The notes under the pieces: generated by a model
Told to the model about the DNA's origin: nothing
The model's database searches: none
What the model saw: only the letters and a program-made list of their open reading frames with translations
Assembly: GCA_964016885.1 (NCBI GenBank)
Contig: OZ024741.1
Span: 305,288,001-305,352,000, forward strand
From: Eledone cirrhosa
Taxonomy: Eukaryota
Direction: 5' to 3'
Length of the DNA: 64,000 bases
Shown here: one piece after another, positions 26,464 through 40,652 of the stretch
How positions within the stretch are numbered: the first letter of the stretch is position 1
Layout of the letters: each line of letters begins with the position of its first letter
Position numbers and translations under genes: made by a program

Positions 26464-26608
26464 CGGAAGTTTCGTATTTCTAAAGAAATATGGTTTTAGG
26501 AATCCGTAGCTATGCAAACACTGGGGCTAACGCCCTCTGGTGGTGTCCAGCAGTGTTTGCATAGCTATGGCTTCCTAAAACCGATTTCTTTAGAAATACG
26601 AAATTTCT
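26464..26608. mobile_element. Fold-back MITE-like element in (TA)n
   Basis: About 58-bp imperfect TIRs (ggaagtttcgtatttctaaagaaat...gctatgcaaacactg / cagtgtttgcatagc...atttctttagaaatacgaaatttc) around a ~25-nt spacer. Confidence 0.65.
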
Positions 26609-26652
26609 ATACATTTCTATACATAAAGCTATGCTTGAAGCAAAATCTTATT

Positions 26653-26698
<46 letters not shown>

Positions 26699-27770
26699 TT
26701 ACTTATATTTATATGAACACTAATATCTATTCCCTCATTAAACGTGCTAGGCTGTTGAGTGTGTGATTTTTATATGCCGATGTCAATTTCGCCACTGGCC
26801 TTGGCTGGGAGATATCAACCAAATGTCAACTCAGGTTTGTTTGACTATTAAGCTTTTCTGAAGAATATATATTCTCTTCTCTTCCTTTCAACTTCTGAAA
26901 TTTCCACACTTCGGAAATAAAAAGAAAAAAAAAAAATTTTGATATCTCTCCTCCCCCTTCCACACATCTCCCATTCCCTAACACCCCCACCTACATCCTG
27001 ATCACACTACCTTCTCCTATGCTTTGAACCCCTGCCTCAATTCTCAGTCCACACTGTAAAGTGGTATTTTAGTGCCATGACAAAAAGCACCCAGCTCACA
27101 CTGTAAAAGTGGTTGGCATTAGGAAAGGCATCCAGCCATAGAAACCTAGCCAGAAACAGTTCTATAAGAGCAAGACATGGTCACTTAACCCAACTTACCT
27201 CAAATGGGACAACCTGTCTAAGCCATATTAGCATGAAAAATAAACATTAAACGATGATGATGATGAATTTGAGCCTTCAACTTCAAAGATTGGATGATAT
27301 CAACTAAAGCTTTTGCTTTTTTAAACTTCAATACCAATTTATCCAACCATTAACCAATGATAAAAACTTTCTGGTGTACTGATTCACTGATGAAAATCTT
27401 TTAAGACTGAAAATTTTGAAAGAAACAGGTTTTAAATAAATAAACATTTGGAATGAATATTGAAAGACTGACGCCTAGTTGAGACCAACTTACACAGCTC
27501 CATATGTAAATGAGGCTAATCAGCCCATATACATAGGCAAAAATACTATATATTTTCACCTGTTTCAAATTCCAACAGAGATCAGAGGGAAACACTACCC
27601 TGATGAGGACCAGAACCCGAAATGTACATTGACAGTTGTCTCCTGCTGCTTCTGCTGGAATCCTCTAGACGGTGGTAGAGGTCAGCCTTTCAATATTCAT
27701 AATTAGAAGGCTTTCCAAATTTTTATTTATTGAACATACTGTATATCATTAGATATACAAAATTCACATA

Positions 27771-27772
<2 letters not shown>

Positions 27773-27845
<73 letters not shown>
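27773..27845. repeat. (TA)n microsatellite
   Basis: Pure TA tract. Similar tracts at about 26658, 31538, 34180-34333, 39754, 40283, 52363, 52704, 53076 and 60307. Confidence 0.95.
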
Positions 27846-27848
<3 letters not shown>

Positions 27849-27986
27849 AAGGTTAAACAAGGTTCAATGAATAAATCAAAGAATGAGTTTTACAATAGAT
27901 TGGAAGCACTCAACAGATATGGTTTTCTGGAGTTATTAATATTAATTCAAAATATTAACAAAAATAGACATTCGTGTGATCAAGTA

Positions 27987-28053
27987 TATTTTATTATACA
28001 TATTTCAGAGGTACTGAGCTATCTTCAACAGTACGTCCTCATCAGATAAAATA
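27987..28053 (-). ncRNA. Type I hammerhead ribozyme in a Penelope pseudo-LTR
   Basis: UAUUUUAU-CUGAUGA-GGA C GUACUG..CAGUAC C UCU-GAAA-UAUGUAUA/AUAAAAUA. Confidence 0.8.
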
Positions 28054-31000
28054 AGATGATGCATGACATACCCTGACTTAGTAGATGTTTAAGATTCAGT
28101 CATGGTAGTAAATATGATATGACAAGACTCAATATTTATATACCTTAAGATTGAGACATGAAAAAATGTACATATAATACAGAGGGTGCGTGTGAGAAAG
28201 CTTAAAAATACATAATAGCAATTTACATAACTGTTATAGTGATGGAAGGACACTAATGAAGTGATTGACTGGTTTAAAAATATAGATTATAAGAAAAATC
28301 ACAAATTCATCCAAATGGACATAGCAAGCTATTATTCTTCTATTACACCTAACCTATTAAATAAGGCTTTGTTTTATGCTTATAAACATACAGATCTAAC
28401 TATGGATGAAATCAATATCATATTAACTGCTAGAAGAACTCTAATTAATTTCAACAATGAGTATTGGACCCGTTCAGATAGGAATAGAAACTTTGACATT
28501 ACCATGGGATCATCGGACTCAGCGCAGGTCACCGATCTTCTGGGGATTTTTATCTTAAATATGGTAAATAGAAAACTGCCGGAGATTACCGGCGGTTTAT
28601 ATAGGGACGATATTTTATTTACGGTTGTCAAACATAGCAATACAGAATTAAATAGGGTTAAGAAAACTATAATTGAATTCTTTAAAAATTATGACCTTAA
28701 ATTAGAAGTTGAAAGTAGTACCAAAAGAGTTAATTTCCTTGACGTTACTCTTAGGTTTTTATTACCCTTTTCATAAGCCCAATGAAAACTTAAATTACGT
28801 TAGCTATTGCTCTAATCACCCTAAATCCGTGAAAAATGCAATAGTCAATAGTGTACAGAAACGCATAACTAGAATAACCGCTAATAAATCCATATTTATC
28901 TGTCATGTAATAATGAGATTTTTATTTAACACCAGAAAACCTAATTTTTCTACTTTTGGCACAAGGCCAGCAATTACCCAGTACATTACTGGTACTTTAT
29001 TTTATCGACCCCGTAAGGACGAAAGGCAAAGTCAACCTCGGCGGGATTTGAACTCAGATCGTAAAGGGACGTAACTATGCTGGAAAGCATGGCGTCCGAC
29101 CCTCTACCGATACTTCCAATCTAAAAATAATATTGAATATATAGATAATAATAATTTGAATTATAATCCTGATAAAAATAAGACTAACATATACAAATGA
29201 GATTCTAAAAATTATAATACAAACACCAATACCGTGAATAAATCGGTGAAAAAAATCAGAACTAAATCAGTTATATGGTCCCCCCCCCGGCTTCTGTAGC
29301 AATAAAAACACCACTCGCAAATCTATTCTTTAAAGCTTTAGATAAATGCTTCCCCATTCAATACAAATACCGTTCCATATTTAACAGACACACAATTAAG
29401 CTTTCTTATTCTACAACTATGAATATGGCCCAGAACATCGCAAAAATAAATAATAGAATTCTAAATCATAACCAACAAACAATTAACGATAATGAATATA
29501 ATAACACTAGCAATATTAATACTAGGAATAACAATAACATTAATCTAAGCACAATCAATAGAACACTTCAAAGTACTAACAATGTTAATGTCAATTGTCC
29601 AATAATGTCAATTGTCCAGTAATAACAATAAATCGAAATGTAATTGTAGAAATAGATCAAATTACCTTCTGCAAAATAATTGTCTGGATAGCAATCTGGT
29701 CTATAAATGCACCGTAAAAGCAAATAACATCACATACAACTATATTGGTGCAACTTCATTGAGATTTAAATTAAGATTTTCGAATCATAAATACTCTTTT
29801 TCGAATCCTAATAGGAAATCTCCGACTTCTTTATCACAACTTATATGGTCGTTAAAAGACAAAAATTTAAAATACTCGATTTCTTGGTCGAAGCTGTGTA
29901 ATAGTCGAATATACTCAAATTCTTCAATATCACCTAACTGCAATCTCTGTACTATGGAGACTCTATTAATAATTAATAATTATGATAATTTAATTAACAA
30001 AAAAGTGAATTATTCTCAAATTGCCTTCATAAAGCTTCCTCTACATTCCAAGCCTTGCAAAAAGTCAGGAAAAAACTCTAAATAAATAGGTTCAAATTTT
30101 TGACGTCTCGTATCAACTGAGTGCGTAAAATGTTATAATAATTTTTTTTACTCATTTATGATATGACTAAAGTTAGATTAAGGGTTCTATATAAATATAT
30201 TAACATATAGATTGTTAACATGATCTCTTGATGAATATGCATATCTTTTGATTGTGTAGATACATTTAATTTGATTGGGATTCTTGTATTTTTTTAAATA
30301 TATAGCTTATATGTTTGACAGTTGTAATGAACCGTAAACAATTCATGCTTTTATGCATTTAAGTATTTATTCTTTTGGAGTATGTTAGTTTTAAGATTCA
30401 GGATGTTTGATTTATATATTTATATTTGTTTATATATATTGGGCTTGCAATCGAAAGGTTGTGAGTTCAATTCTTAGACCGGGTGATGTGTTGTTTCCTT
30501 GAGCAAGACACTTTATTTCACATTGCTCCAGTTTACTCAGTTGTAGAAATGAGTAAACTGGAGCAATCTCATTGGGTCCCTATCATTCCACTGTAAAGTG
30601 GTCGTGGAGGTGCCACGGCAAAAAAGCACGCAGCACTTACTGTAAATGAGGTTGGTGTTAGGAAGATAATATAATTTAATATGGATTACCTTCGTGTGGA
30701 TGAAAATACTAAGTTTCTTTCTCATGTTTGCAAATACTTTAAATATGATTTTATAAATTAAATATGTTAGTATACTTTAATATTAATATAGATATTTATA
30801 AACTTTTATATCCTGAAATATTATACCTTTAGATTAATTCATTATTCTGAACTAACATAAATAATTCGAAATTTAACGGTCAGCTGGATACGTTTGGATA
30901 TATATAGTATATATAATTAATTGTTAGTATATTTCTAATTAACTATGGACTCGAAATTAAACCCTCATATAATTACACCCAGATATATTTAATATTTAGA

Positions 31001-31428
31001 TTGATGGATACTTCTAGATAATTCAAAGATTCGAGTTTAATCTTTCACAAAGCTATGTCCAAATGTATATTCATGTATTTATCTATGCTTTATACTATAC
31101 AAATTATTCCCCTTTGTCTCTCTATACTTGATCAATTCTCTTTTGCTTTCTATACTTCTAATAACTATATTTTTTCCTCATCTGTTTCTCTCTGTCTTTC
31201 TTCTTTCTTTCTTCTTTCTTCAATAATTTTAATTATTTGAATCTCTAACAGTTATGCAAATTGCTATTATGTATTTTTAAGCTTTCTCACATGCACCCTC
31301 TGTATTATATGTAAATTTTTTCATGTCTCAATCTTAAGGTATATAAATATTGAGTCTTGTCATATCATATTCACTACCATGACTGAATCTTAACCATCTA
31401 CTAAGTCAGGGTATGTCATGCATCATCT

Positions 31429-31494
31429 TATTTTATCTGATGAGGACGTACTGTTGAAAAAGCTCAGTACATCTGAAATATGTATAATAAAATA
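31429..31494 (+). ncRNA. Type I hammerhead ribozyme in a Penelope pseudo-LTR
   Basis: Inverted twin of 27987-28053 with an intact CUGAUGA/GAAA core and an 8-bp stem I. Confidence 0.8.
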
Positions 31495-31535
31495 TACTTG
31501 ATCACACGAATGTCTATTTTTGTTAATATTTTGAA

Positions 31536-31620
<85 letters not shown>

Positions 31621-31622
<2 letters not shown>

Positions 31623-32305
31623 TACCTCTGCTAGCTGCAAAAGGCTTTCCCCTCAAAATGAAAGGCAGACTGTATGATGCATACATACAAACAGCAATGT
31701 TACATGATAGTGAGACCTGGGCGTTGTGTGTAGAAGACTTGCATAGATTAGAAAGAAACGAAGCTTTCATGCTCCAAAGGATGTGTAATAGTAATATACG
31801 TGAACGGCAAAGCATAAACAAATTGAGAGAGAGACTGAGCATAAGAGGAATCAAATGCTGTGTGCAGTAGAGGAGGTTGCATTGGTATGGACCTGTGATG
31901 CGTATGAAGGAGAACAGCTGCATAAAAAGGTGCAGAGCACTAAAAGTCGATGGAAGCCTTGGAGTGGGGAAACCCAAGAAGACCTGGGATGAGGTGAAGT
32001 TGACCTTGCTCAATTGCACCTTACAAAGGCAATGACACAGGACCGAGACCTCTGGCGTCACAACAAAAAAGCACCCAGTCCACACTGTAAAGTGGTTGTG
32101 TAGGCGCCATTGTAAAAAAGCACCCAGTACTCACTGTAAATGAGGTTAGTGTTAGGAAGGGCATCCAGCTGTAGAAATCAAGCCAAAATCAGTTCCCGTA
32201 TGAGCAAGACATGGTCACACGACCTGGCATTGCCCACAAGATGACAACACGTCTAACACATGCTAGCGTGGAAGAATGGACGTAAAACAGTAATGATGAT
32301 GATGA
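31621..32305 (+). mobile_element. RTE LINE 3' fragment
   Basis: MKGRLYDAYIQTAMLHDSETWAL..., the same subfamily as 47195-48206, with a (GAT)n tail. Confidence 0.85.
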
Positions 32306-32414
32306 TATATATATTTATGTATGCGTGAGTATGTGTATGTATAATTATATGTATATATATATGTGTGTATGAGTGTACGTAGATATATATATATATGTGT
32401 GTATATATATATAT

Positions 32415-34035
32415 GCAGGCATCCAATATAAACTAGATTGGTCAATTTTGAACCAATCTAAAAAATATGCTAGAGGAACAAGAAAATGCACGCTCTGCAT
32501 AAATGAAAAATTTTGGATATTGCAAAATCTTAAATCACCAAAGACCTGCCTGAACACAAAGACGGAAATTTTCACCAGTTGCCCACACATGAAATCACAC
32601 CTGCTTTCCAGCTCATATAAACTTAACACACTTTCAGATACTTATCCTCCATAAACTCTTATTATTCTCTTTTTAATTACCCTTTCTGACTTACTTTCAT
32701 TTTTATCCTTGTCAATAATTTCATTTATTTTCACTTTTATTTATTTTTACTTCACCCCCCCCCCCCCTTTATTCTCCGATCCACTTCCTATTTTCTATTT
32801 TTTACTTCCCCTTCTTTTACTTCCCTTTTTCCTCCACTAACTGATTATACTTGTCTTTTGTGTTTTTCAATCCAGATATATTTTTCATTTTTATTTTTAT
32901 TTTATTTTTGCGCAGCCTATCTTACAATTTTATATTTGTACTTATTTATCCACAATTCAATATGGCTGAACGCCTTAATGTGTGTATACTTTTTATATAT
33001 GTACATGAGTGACTACGTATGTGCGCGCGCGTGCGTGTATGTATATGTATATATATATATATATATATATGTGTATGTATATGTGTGTGTACAGGTGTTT
33101 GTGTGTGTGTGTATGTATATATTATGCGTATGTGTACGTGTCTTTATATCCGTGATTTTGACATCTCGGTTTTATGTTTTGTTCCTTTTTTCTTCTCCCC
33201 CCCCCCCCCTCTTCCCCTTTTTTTACTTACTCAGTTTCATACGTGGGCATGCAAACAGGTTTATATGCGTGAGTATAAGTATGTGTGTGTGTGTGTGTGT
33301 ACGTATCGAACGTATGGAAGTGTAAGTGCGCGTGTGTATATAAGCATAATTATTTTTACATTTCTTTTGTGAGACACGCGTGTCTGTGTATGTATGTACC
33401 CCCCTTTTTTTGTTTTCTTTAATTTTTTCTTTTTAATATCTTTTCTTTCTAATTTATCGTTATTATATTTTTATAAATATATCGAGACTGATACTTTTCT
33501 TTTAATTATTACACTCCCTTACCTCCTTTCTTTCCGCATCTAAGTGTACGAGTGTCCAGGCGTTTTATGCGCGCGCCTTCATATTCATATATTTACGATG
33601 TAACCATTTCTGTCTGTATAATACAGACATATAGATACATTTGCCCTAAATTTTAGAATTACGCACACTTTCTCACTATACATATACATGTGCGCATATA
33701 CATATATGCACATCTGTGAGCGTATATACATACATATACACAGACCTAACTATATTTCTTGATAGATTTTTATATATTTCAATTTCTATTTCATTTATCT
33801 ATATCTTTTTTTGATTTTCTTGATGTGTTTTTCTAAGTATTTGCCCATGTTTTATATTGCCTCGTCTGACGAACGAATGAAGTCGTTTATTTCGTATTCG
33901 CCTCATTCGAGAAACCTCTGGTAATGAGGTAATTATATTGTATTGATTTTTATACATTAAATTTTGCTCTGATACCTACATAGAGCACTCTTCATTTCTA
34001 TGACCTTTTCTGTTTCCAACGGAAATTTCAATACT
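32415..34035 (+). mobile_element. 5'-truncated Penelope-like element (GIY-YIG C-terminus + 3' region with hammerhead)
   Basis: IQYKLDWSILNQSKKYARGTRKCTLCINEKFWIL...LNTKTEIFTSCPH, flanked by TA-rich microsatellites. Confidence 0.7.
33856..33933 (+). ncRNA. Type I hammerhead ribozyme (CUGACGA core, GUA triplet)
   Basis: Stem I AUUGCCUCGU/AUGAGGUAAU, stem II CGAAUGA/UCAUUCG with an A-A mismatch at the base, stem III ACC-UCU-GGU. Confidence 0.75.
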
Positions 34036-34169
34036 TATATATATATATATATGTATATGTATGTATATGTGTGTATATATATATATGTGTGTGTATATGT
34101 GTTTGTGTGTCATCATCATCATCGATGATGATGATGATGATGATATGTATATATGTATATGTGTATATA

Positions 34170-34675
<506 letters not shown>

Positions 34676-34787
34676 TATGTATACTCCAGTCCTACAAACT
34701 GTAGAGTGCTTCTTATCCGATATCTGCATTGCTTTATTGTACTACAATAAAACTCACCTCCTACATATATATATATATATATTATAT

Positions 34788-35703
34788 ATATAAATGAAAG
34801 GCATAGAAAACATTGTAGCAAGAAGCCAACATTTCATGATATATAAGTGACTATAGCGTCAAAATGGGAAAAATAGTTAACGTAAGATGTGGGAAAAATA
34901 ATTCAAACTCATCTCAAAGAGAATCAGGATATAGATTCATCCACAGAATTTAGTGAAATTCAGGGAAAAATCAATAGAGCCTTAACTCATGATAAAATAA
35001 AGTTTAAAATACTCATCCTTCAATTTGGAAAAACTTCAAATGCTCTGTATAGTCTTAAAGACTATTTCACGAAAACTTTCAGTGGAGATGGTCACGGTTG
35101 GAATTCGATCCTCAGCAGAGCTCAACTCGATAACCAAGATTCTCACAGATTAATATGCCAAAAAGGGAATTTAAAACAGGCTAGTTCACCATCATGCGTG
35201 ATTATGAAAAAATAAAACGCACACGAGGAAAGACAGGGGTAGTGACGTCAGAATGAGACGAATGTTTGTTTACAAGAAACAACAGTAAAAAAACATTCCG
35301 AAAAAACTCTACAATAAGGAGTTCAGCAAAAAGCAATATTATCGCGGTTTTTTATAAAAAATACCGGGATTAGTCACAAATAATTTAAGCACTCTAGGAA
35401 AGAAATCCGAGTATAAATATATAAATGAAAAGTATAGAAAACATTGTAGCAAGAAGCCAACAGTATTCCATGATATATAAGTGACTATAGCGTCAAAATG
35501 GGAAAAATAGTTAACGTAAGATGTGGGGAAAATAATTCAAACTCATCTCAAAGAGAATCAGGATATAGATTCATCCACAGAATTTAGTGAAATCCAGGGA
35601 AAAATCAATAGAGCCTTAACTCATGATAAAATAAAGTTTAAAATACTCATCCTTCAATTTGGAAAAACTTCAAATGCTCTGTATAGTCTTAAAGACTATT
35701 TCA
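34788..35703. repeat. Direct repeat of ~280 bp (34788-35068 and 35417-35703) around a ~350-bp spacer
   Basis: The two copies give the same ORF start MGKIIQTHLKENQ... at 34889 and 35523. Bounded by (TA)n. Confidence 0.85.
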
Positions 35704-35788
35704 TGAGACTATATATATATATATATGTATATGTATGTATATGTGTGTATATATATATGTGTGTATATGTGTTTGTGTGTACGTGTGG

Positions 35789-35820
<32 letters not shown>

Positions 35821-35862
35821 GTGTGTACATGTGTGTATGTGTATGTGTATATGTATGTATAT

Positions 35863-37160
35863 ATCATCATCATTATCATCATTTTACGTCCGCTTTTCCC
35901 TGCTTGCAAGGGTGGGACGGATCTTATTCAGCACAGCATCTCTCCACTTGTCATGGTCCTTCGTCATCTCCACCGTGAGCTTCAGCGATCTGAGGTCTGT
36001 TCTTACCACCTCCGCCCATGTTTTTCGTGGTCTACCTCTACCACGTCTTCCTTCAACTGGCATTTCCTGGCACTTCTTCACCCATCGGTCATCCTCCATG
36101 TGCATCACATGTCCATACCACCGCAGTCTCCTCTCTCGTACACTATATTCTATCCCTCACAGACACAGTTTCTCTCTCAACACATCCATGCTGGGTCCTT
36201 CACGCACATTGACATTGCACATCCAACGGAGCATGCTTGCCTTATTTCTCTCCAGCCGTCGCATATCCTCTGCAGTTGTTGCCCAAGTCTCACTACCATA
36301 CAGCATCGCGCTCCTCACACAGATATCATATAACTGGCCTCTCATACACAGGGAGAAACCCTTCTTCGTCAGCAGAGGAAGCAGCTCCCTAAACTTCTTC
36401 CAACCCGTCCTTATTCTAGATACTATGGCCTCGAACCCTGCCCCCCCCACTCCCATGCTAATCTGATCTCCTAGGTACCGGAAGCTATCCACCACTTCTA
36501 TAGCACCCGCCTGCATTTGAAAAATGTGTCTATCAATGCGACTTCTACTGTCTAATTTCTACTGCATACGTATTTCTCCCTACCTGTTAGTTAGCCTGCT
36601 ATCCCACTACATCTCTTGTGTACCAGAATCTGCATTGTGTGCATTTTATAGAATTTATGCCAGTTCCTTTTCTGCATATCGAACATGGCCATTTCCCTGA
36701 CGGAATCAGAGTTTTGTCCTCTTTTCTACTCATCAACACTTTTGTCTTAGCTAGGTTCACTCTCAGTCCTCTTGCTTCCAACTGCTGTTTCCATAGCCAA
36801 AATTTATTCCCTAGCTCCTTTACTGATTCTGCTATAAGAACCAGATCGTCAGCATAGAGAAGTTCCCATGGACAGCCAGTCTTAAACTCCTCTGTTATGG
36901 CTTGGAGGACTATAATGAACAAGAGCAGGCTGAGGACCGAACCTTGATGTACTCCTACTTGTATCTGGAATTCCTCACTAAATTCCATTCCTACCCTGAC
37001 TTTACTGACAGCACCTCTGTACAAAGTTTTCACTGTCCTCACAAGCCATTCCTCAACACCTAGTTTCCTGAGGGACCACCAGACGACAGATCGGGGTACC
37101 CTATCAAAGGCCTTCTCTAGGTCATCAAAAGCTAAGTATAGTGGCTTATTCTTCTCTAAG
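35863..37160 (-). mobile_element. RTE LINE, 5'-truncated (RT C-half + 3' end)
   Basis: GVHQGSVLS, ELLYADDLV, FRYLGD, LYGSETW and GRRGRGRPRKTW motifs; (GAT)n tail. Confidence 0.9.
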
Positions 37161-39749
37161 AACCTTATTATTGGTATTTTGGTTAGGTTTTAAATTTCTA
37201 TTATTAATTCTATTAATATTTTGCGCTAAATTTTTGGTGGAAGAGTAAGTTAATTTTATAGTATGTCTATTAAAAATTGAGTAATATTTATGTGTTCTAG
37301 GGAATCGTTTGTCAAGAGCTTTAAAGAATAGTTTAGCGCAAAATATTAATAGAATTAATAATAGAAATTTAAAACCTAACCAAAATACCAATAATAACCC
37401 AAGCAATATTCAATCGAATAACTGTAACTGTAGAAATAAATCAAACTGTCCGTTAAATAACAACTGCTTAGCTAAAAATGTAGTTTATAATTGTAGTGTT
37501 AAAACTAATTTAAATTCATTTAACTATGTCGGTTCTACCTCTACAGAATTTAAATCCCGCTTCAATAATCATAAAAATTCTTTTACAGATCCAAACAAAA
37601 AATCTTCAACTTCGCTATCTAGCCTATTATGGGACCTAAAACGAGATAATGTTGAATATTCGTTGATTTGGAATATTATTTCAAAAGCTACTCCTTTTAA
37701 TTCCTCTTCTGAAAATTGTGATCTTTGTATAGAGGAAATATTTTTTATATTAAAGACCAAAAATTCCCTTAATTTAAGAAATAATTTATTCAGTTGCTGC
37801 AGACATAGATTGAACTCAACGTTTAAATATAAATATAAATTTAAAATGTAGTTTAATTAATTAAATAATTTAGTTAATATAAGAAACCTGTCGATAAATC
37901 ATTAGATTCCTTCACCTTTTTCATTTTCTTTGGTTAAGTACCCAAGTATAAATTTTCTTCATAAATATAATTATAAATATAATAAACTATTCTAGAAAAG
38001 TTTATCCTTTCAATATCTGGAATAAAATATACGTAAGATAAATTTCTATACTAAACATATTATTTTAGCTTAGATTCATTTTATTTATATTTTTTTTATT
38101 AGATTCATTTTTTTATTAGATTCATTTTTTTTATTAGATTCATTTTATTTTTTATTTTTTATTTTTTATTTTTTATTTTTTATTTTTTATTTTTTATTTT
38201 TTATTTTTTATTAGATTTGTTTTTATTCTGATAGCTTCTCATAATTTTTATTAGATTTATTTTTTTATTCTGATAGCTTCTCATAATTTTCAAAAGTTTG
38301 TCCTCTCAATGTCTTGATTAAAATATACGTAAGATAAATTTCTATGCTAAATATATTAAACATATTATTTTAACTTGAAATATTCTATAATATTTTGGGA
38401 TATTTTAGTATTTTGATGTTTGTAGAATTCATTTGCCTTTTAAGTTATATTGATATAATTATATTTCCAAAATATAATCCTTTTGTATTTTATATACTCA
38501 ATTGTACTATGTTATATGTTGATGTATACTTATGTCTATGTACGGCTTATGTATCTATATGTGTGTGTTGACATACATATACATGTGTTATAGGTTTTTT
38601 TGTGATTATATGTCTGTCTGTATATATGCATGAGTGACGCGTGTATACCAATTGAAGATGCACACATATATCTATTCATGTATAGCTAAGAATTATGGGT
38701 GTGAATGTACAGGCTTACACATGCAGTTTTTGATTTCAGATATACATAATTTAACAGCCATAAATGCAGAAAAGTTAATCCTATATATTTATATATATAT
38801 ACTAAAAATGTTTAATTAGTAACACAAGGAGTGTATAGCAATAAAAAAAAAATCACTTATGCTTTGTATGTATACATTATGTGCGGGAGTAGATATAATG
38901 TGTATTTTCTGAGTGAGTGAGTATATGTATCTATGTACCTTTGCCTATGTATATGTGATATACGATAGATAATCTCTCTAGCAATATATATATTTTATAA
39001 TGTTTAAATTCCAATTTTTAATATATTGATCTCAATTTTTAAACTAAATATATAATCATAATTAAACAATGTGTAAATATCTATATTCCATTCACGAATA
39101 TTAATATTTCTAATTTTATTTATTCATTTCATCTCAATTGTTAACTCAACTTAATATAACATAACTTAAGGTTTTCGTTCTCTCCCCCCTCTCTCTATCT
39201 CTGCATATCTCTCTCTTGAGTTCTTTCTCTGTCTGATGTTTTGATATCTCCCCGTTATTTTTCCTCTGTTCTCTTTTCTTTTTACTTTCTTCTTTTTCTT
39301 TATCTATCTTTCCCTTTCTTTTCTCCACATTTCTCTCTCTCTCTCTCCATCTTTTTACTTACTCTTAACACTATGATTTACTAAAGTAAACAAACCACTA
39401 TCCGGATGGCCTCCAAAAAACAACGGTCACTTTTTGAAAGGGTACGTCAATATCTATTTGTAAAACTGTTATATATTGTATTTTGTCTGATGAAGGCATA
39501 CCATGATTTAACTTATATGTTTCTACTTTAGGCACAAGGCCAGCAATTACCCAGTGCATTACTGGTACTTTATTTTATCGACCCCGTAAGGATGAAAGGC
39601 AAAGTCAACCTCGGCGGGATTTGAACTCAGATCGTAAAGGGACGTAACTATGCTGGAAAGCATGGCGTCCGACCCTCTACCTATACTGCCAATCCACCAT
39701 ATATAATGAAATAAATATGGTTTTATAAATATAGTTTCCATTTATTAAT

Positions 39750-39790
<41 letters not shown>

Positions 39791-39829
39791 GATATTAATA
39801 AATGGAAACTATATTTATAAAACCATATT

Positions 39830-39894
39830 TATTTCATTATACATATTTCAGGGATACCACATTAAATTATGGTATGCCTTCATCAGACAAAATA
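39830..39894 (-). ncRNA. Type I hammerhead ribozyme
   Basis: Reverse complement of 39965-40029. Confidence 0.75.
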
Positions 39895-39964
39895 CAATAT
39901 ATAACAGTTTTACAAATAGGTTTGACGTACCCTTTTAACCTATTTGTAAAACTGTTATATATTG

Positions 39965-40029
39965 TATTTTGTCTGATGAAGGCATACCATAATTTAATGT
40001 GGTATCCCTGAAATATGTATAATGAAATA
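39965..40029 (+). ncRNA. Type I hammerhead ribozyme
   Basis: UAUUUUGU-CUGAUGA-AGG C AUACCAU..GUGGUAU C CCU-GAAA-UAUGUAUA/AUGAAAUA. Confidence 0.78.
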
Positions 40030-40157
40030 AATATGGTTTTATAAATATAGTTTCCATTTATTAATATCGTATATCTACTCCAAAAATTTGTTGAGTGCTT
40101 TATATCAGTTATAAAAATATTTACTTGTTGTATCCCAACAACTTTAAATAGAACTTT

Positions 40158-40197
<40 letters not shown>

Positions 40198-40272
40198 AAT
40201 ATATGTATGTGTATATGTGTATATGTGAATATGTATCTATGTGTGTATATGTGTATACATATATATATAATA

Positions 40273-40356
<84 letters not shown>

Positions 40357-40406
40357 GATATATATATGTATATACATATATGTATGTGTACATGTATCTA
40401 TGTGTG

Positions 40407-40438
<32 letters not shown>

Positions 40439-40591
40439 AGCAGAAGGGATATTCAATTTGTTGGTAATTCAACAAATATAAATGTTTATAATTGATGCAG
40501 AGCACTCAACAAGTTTTCTGGAGTATAATATTCTGGAGTATAATATTCTGGAGTATAATATTCAAAAGTATAATTTATAAAACGCACTTCG

Positions 40592-40652
40592 TATTTTATC
40601 TGATGATAGCGTACCAAAATTTTCGTACCCTTGAAATATATATAATAGAATA
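40592..40652 (+). ncRNA. Type I hammerhead ribozyme (partly decayed)
   Basis: UAUUUUAU-CUGAUGA-UAG C GUAC..GUAC C CUU-GAAA-UAUAUAUA/AUAGAAUA. Confidence 0.65.

Larger units (their letters stand above)
27846..31540 (+). mobile_element. Penelope-like retroelement (RT + C-terminal GIY-YIG), decayed, with inverted pseudo-LTRs, inserted in (TA)n
   Basis: RT motifs MDIASYYSSI, ITMGS, GLYRDD and FLDVT (28261-28776); Cys linker and NLVY...YIG...RFSNH...CNLC endonuclease (29612-30085). Inverted arms at about 27941-28238 and 31243-31540. Two SINEs are inserted. Confidence 0.9.
37164..40165 (+). mobile_element. 5'-truncated Penelope-like element with an inverted 5' segment and tandem/inverted pseudo-LTRs
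   Basis: CNCRNKSNCPLNNNC linker + NVVY...YVG...RFNNH...CDLC GIY-YIG (37330-37851). 37164-37331 is an inverted upstream part. pLTR copies lie at 39440-39752 (SINE-disrupted) and in the palindrome 39788-40071. Confidence 0.82.

Noticed and set aside
27592-27640. Hammerhead-like CUGAUGAGG...CCGAAAUGUACAUU
   Set aside because: The core and a palindromic stem III are present but stem I does not pair; at best a decayed copy.
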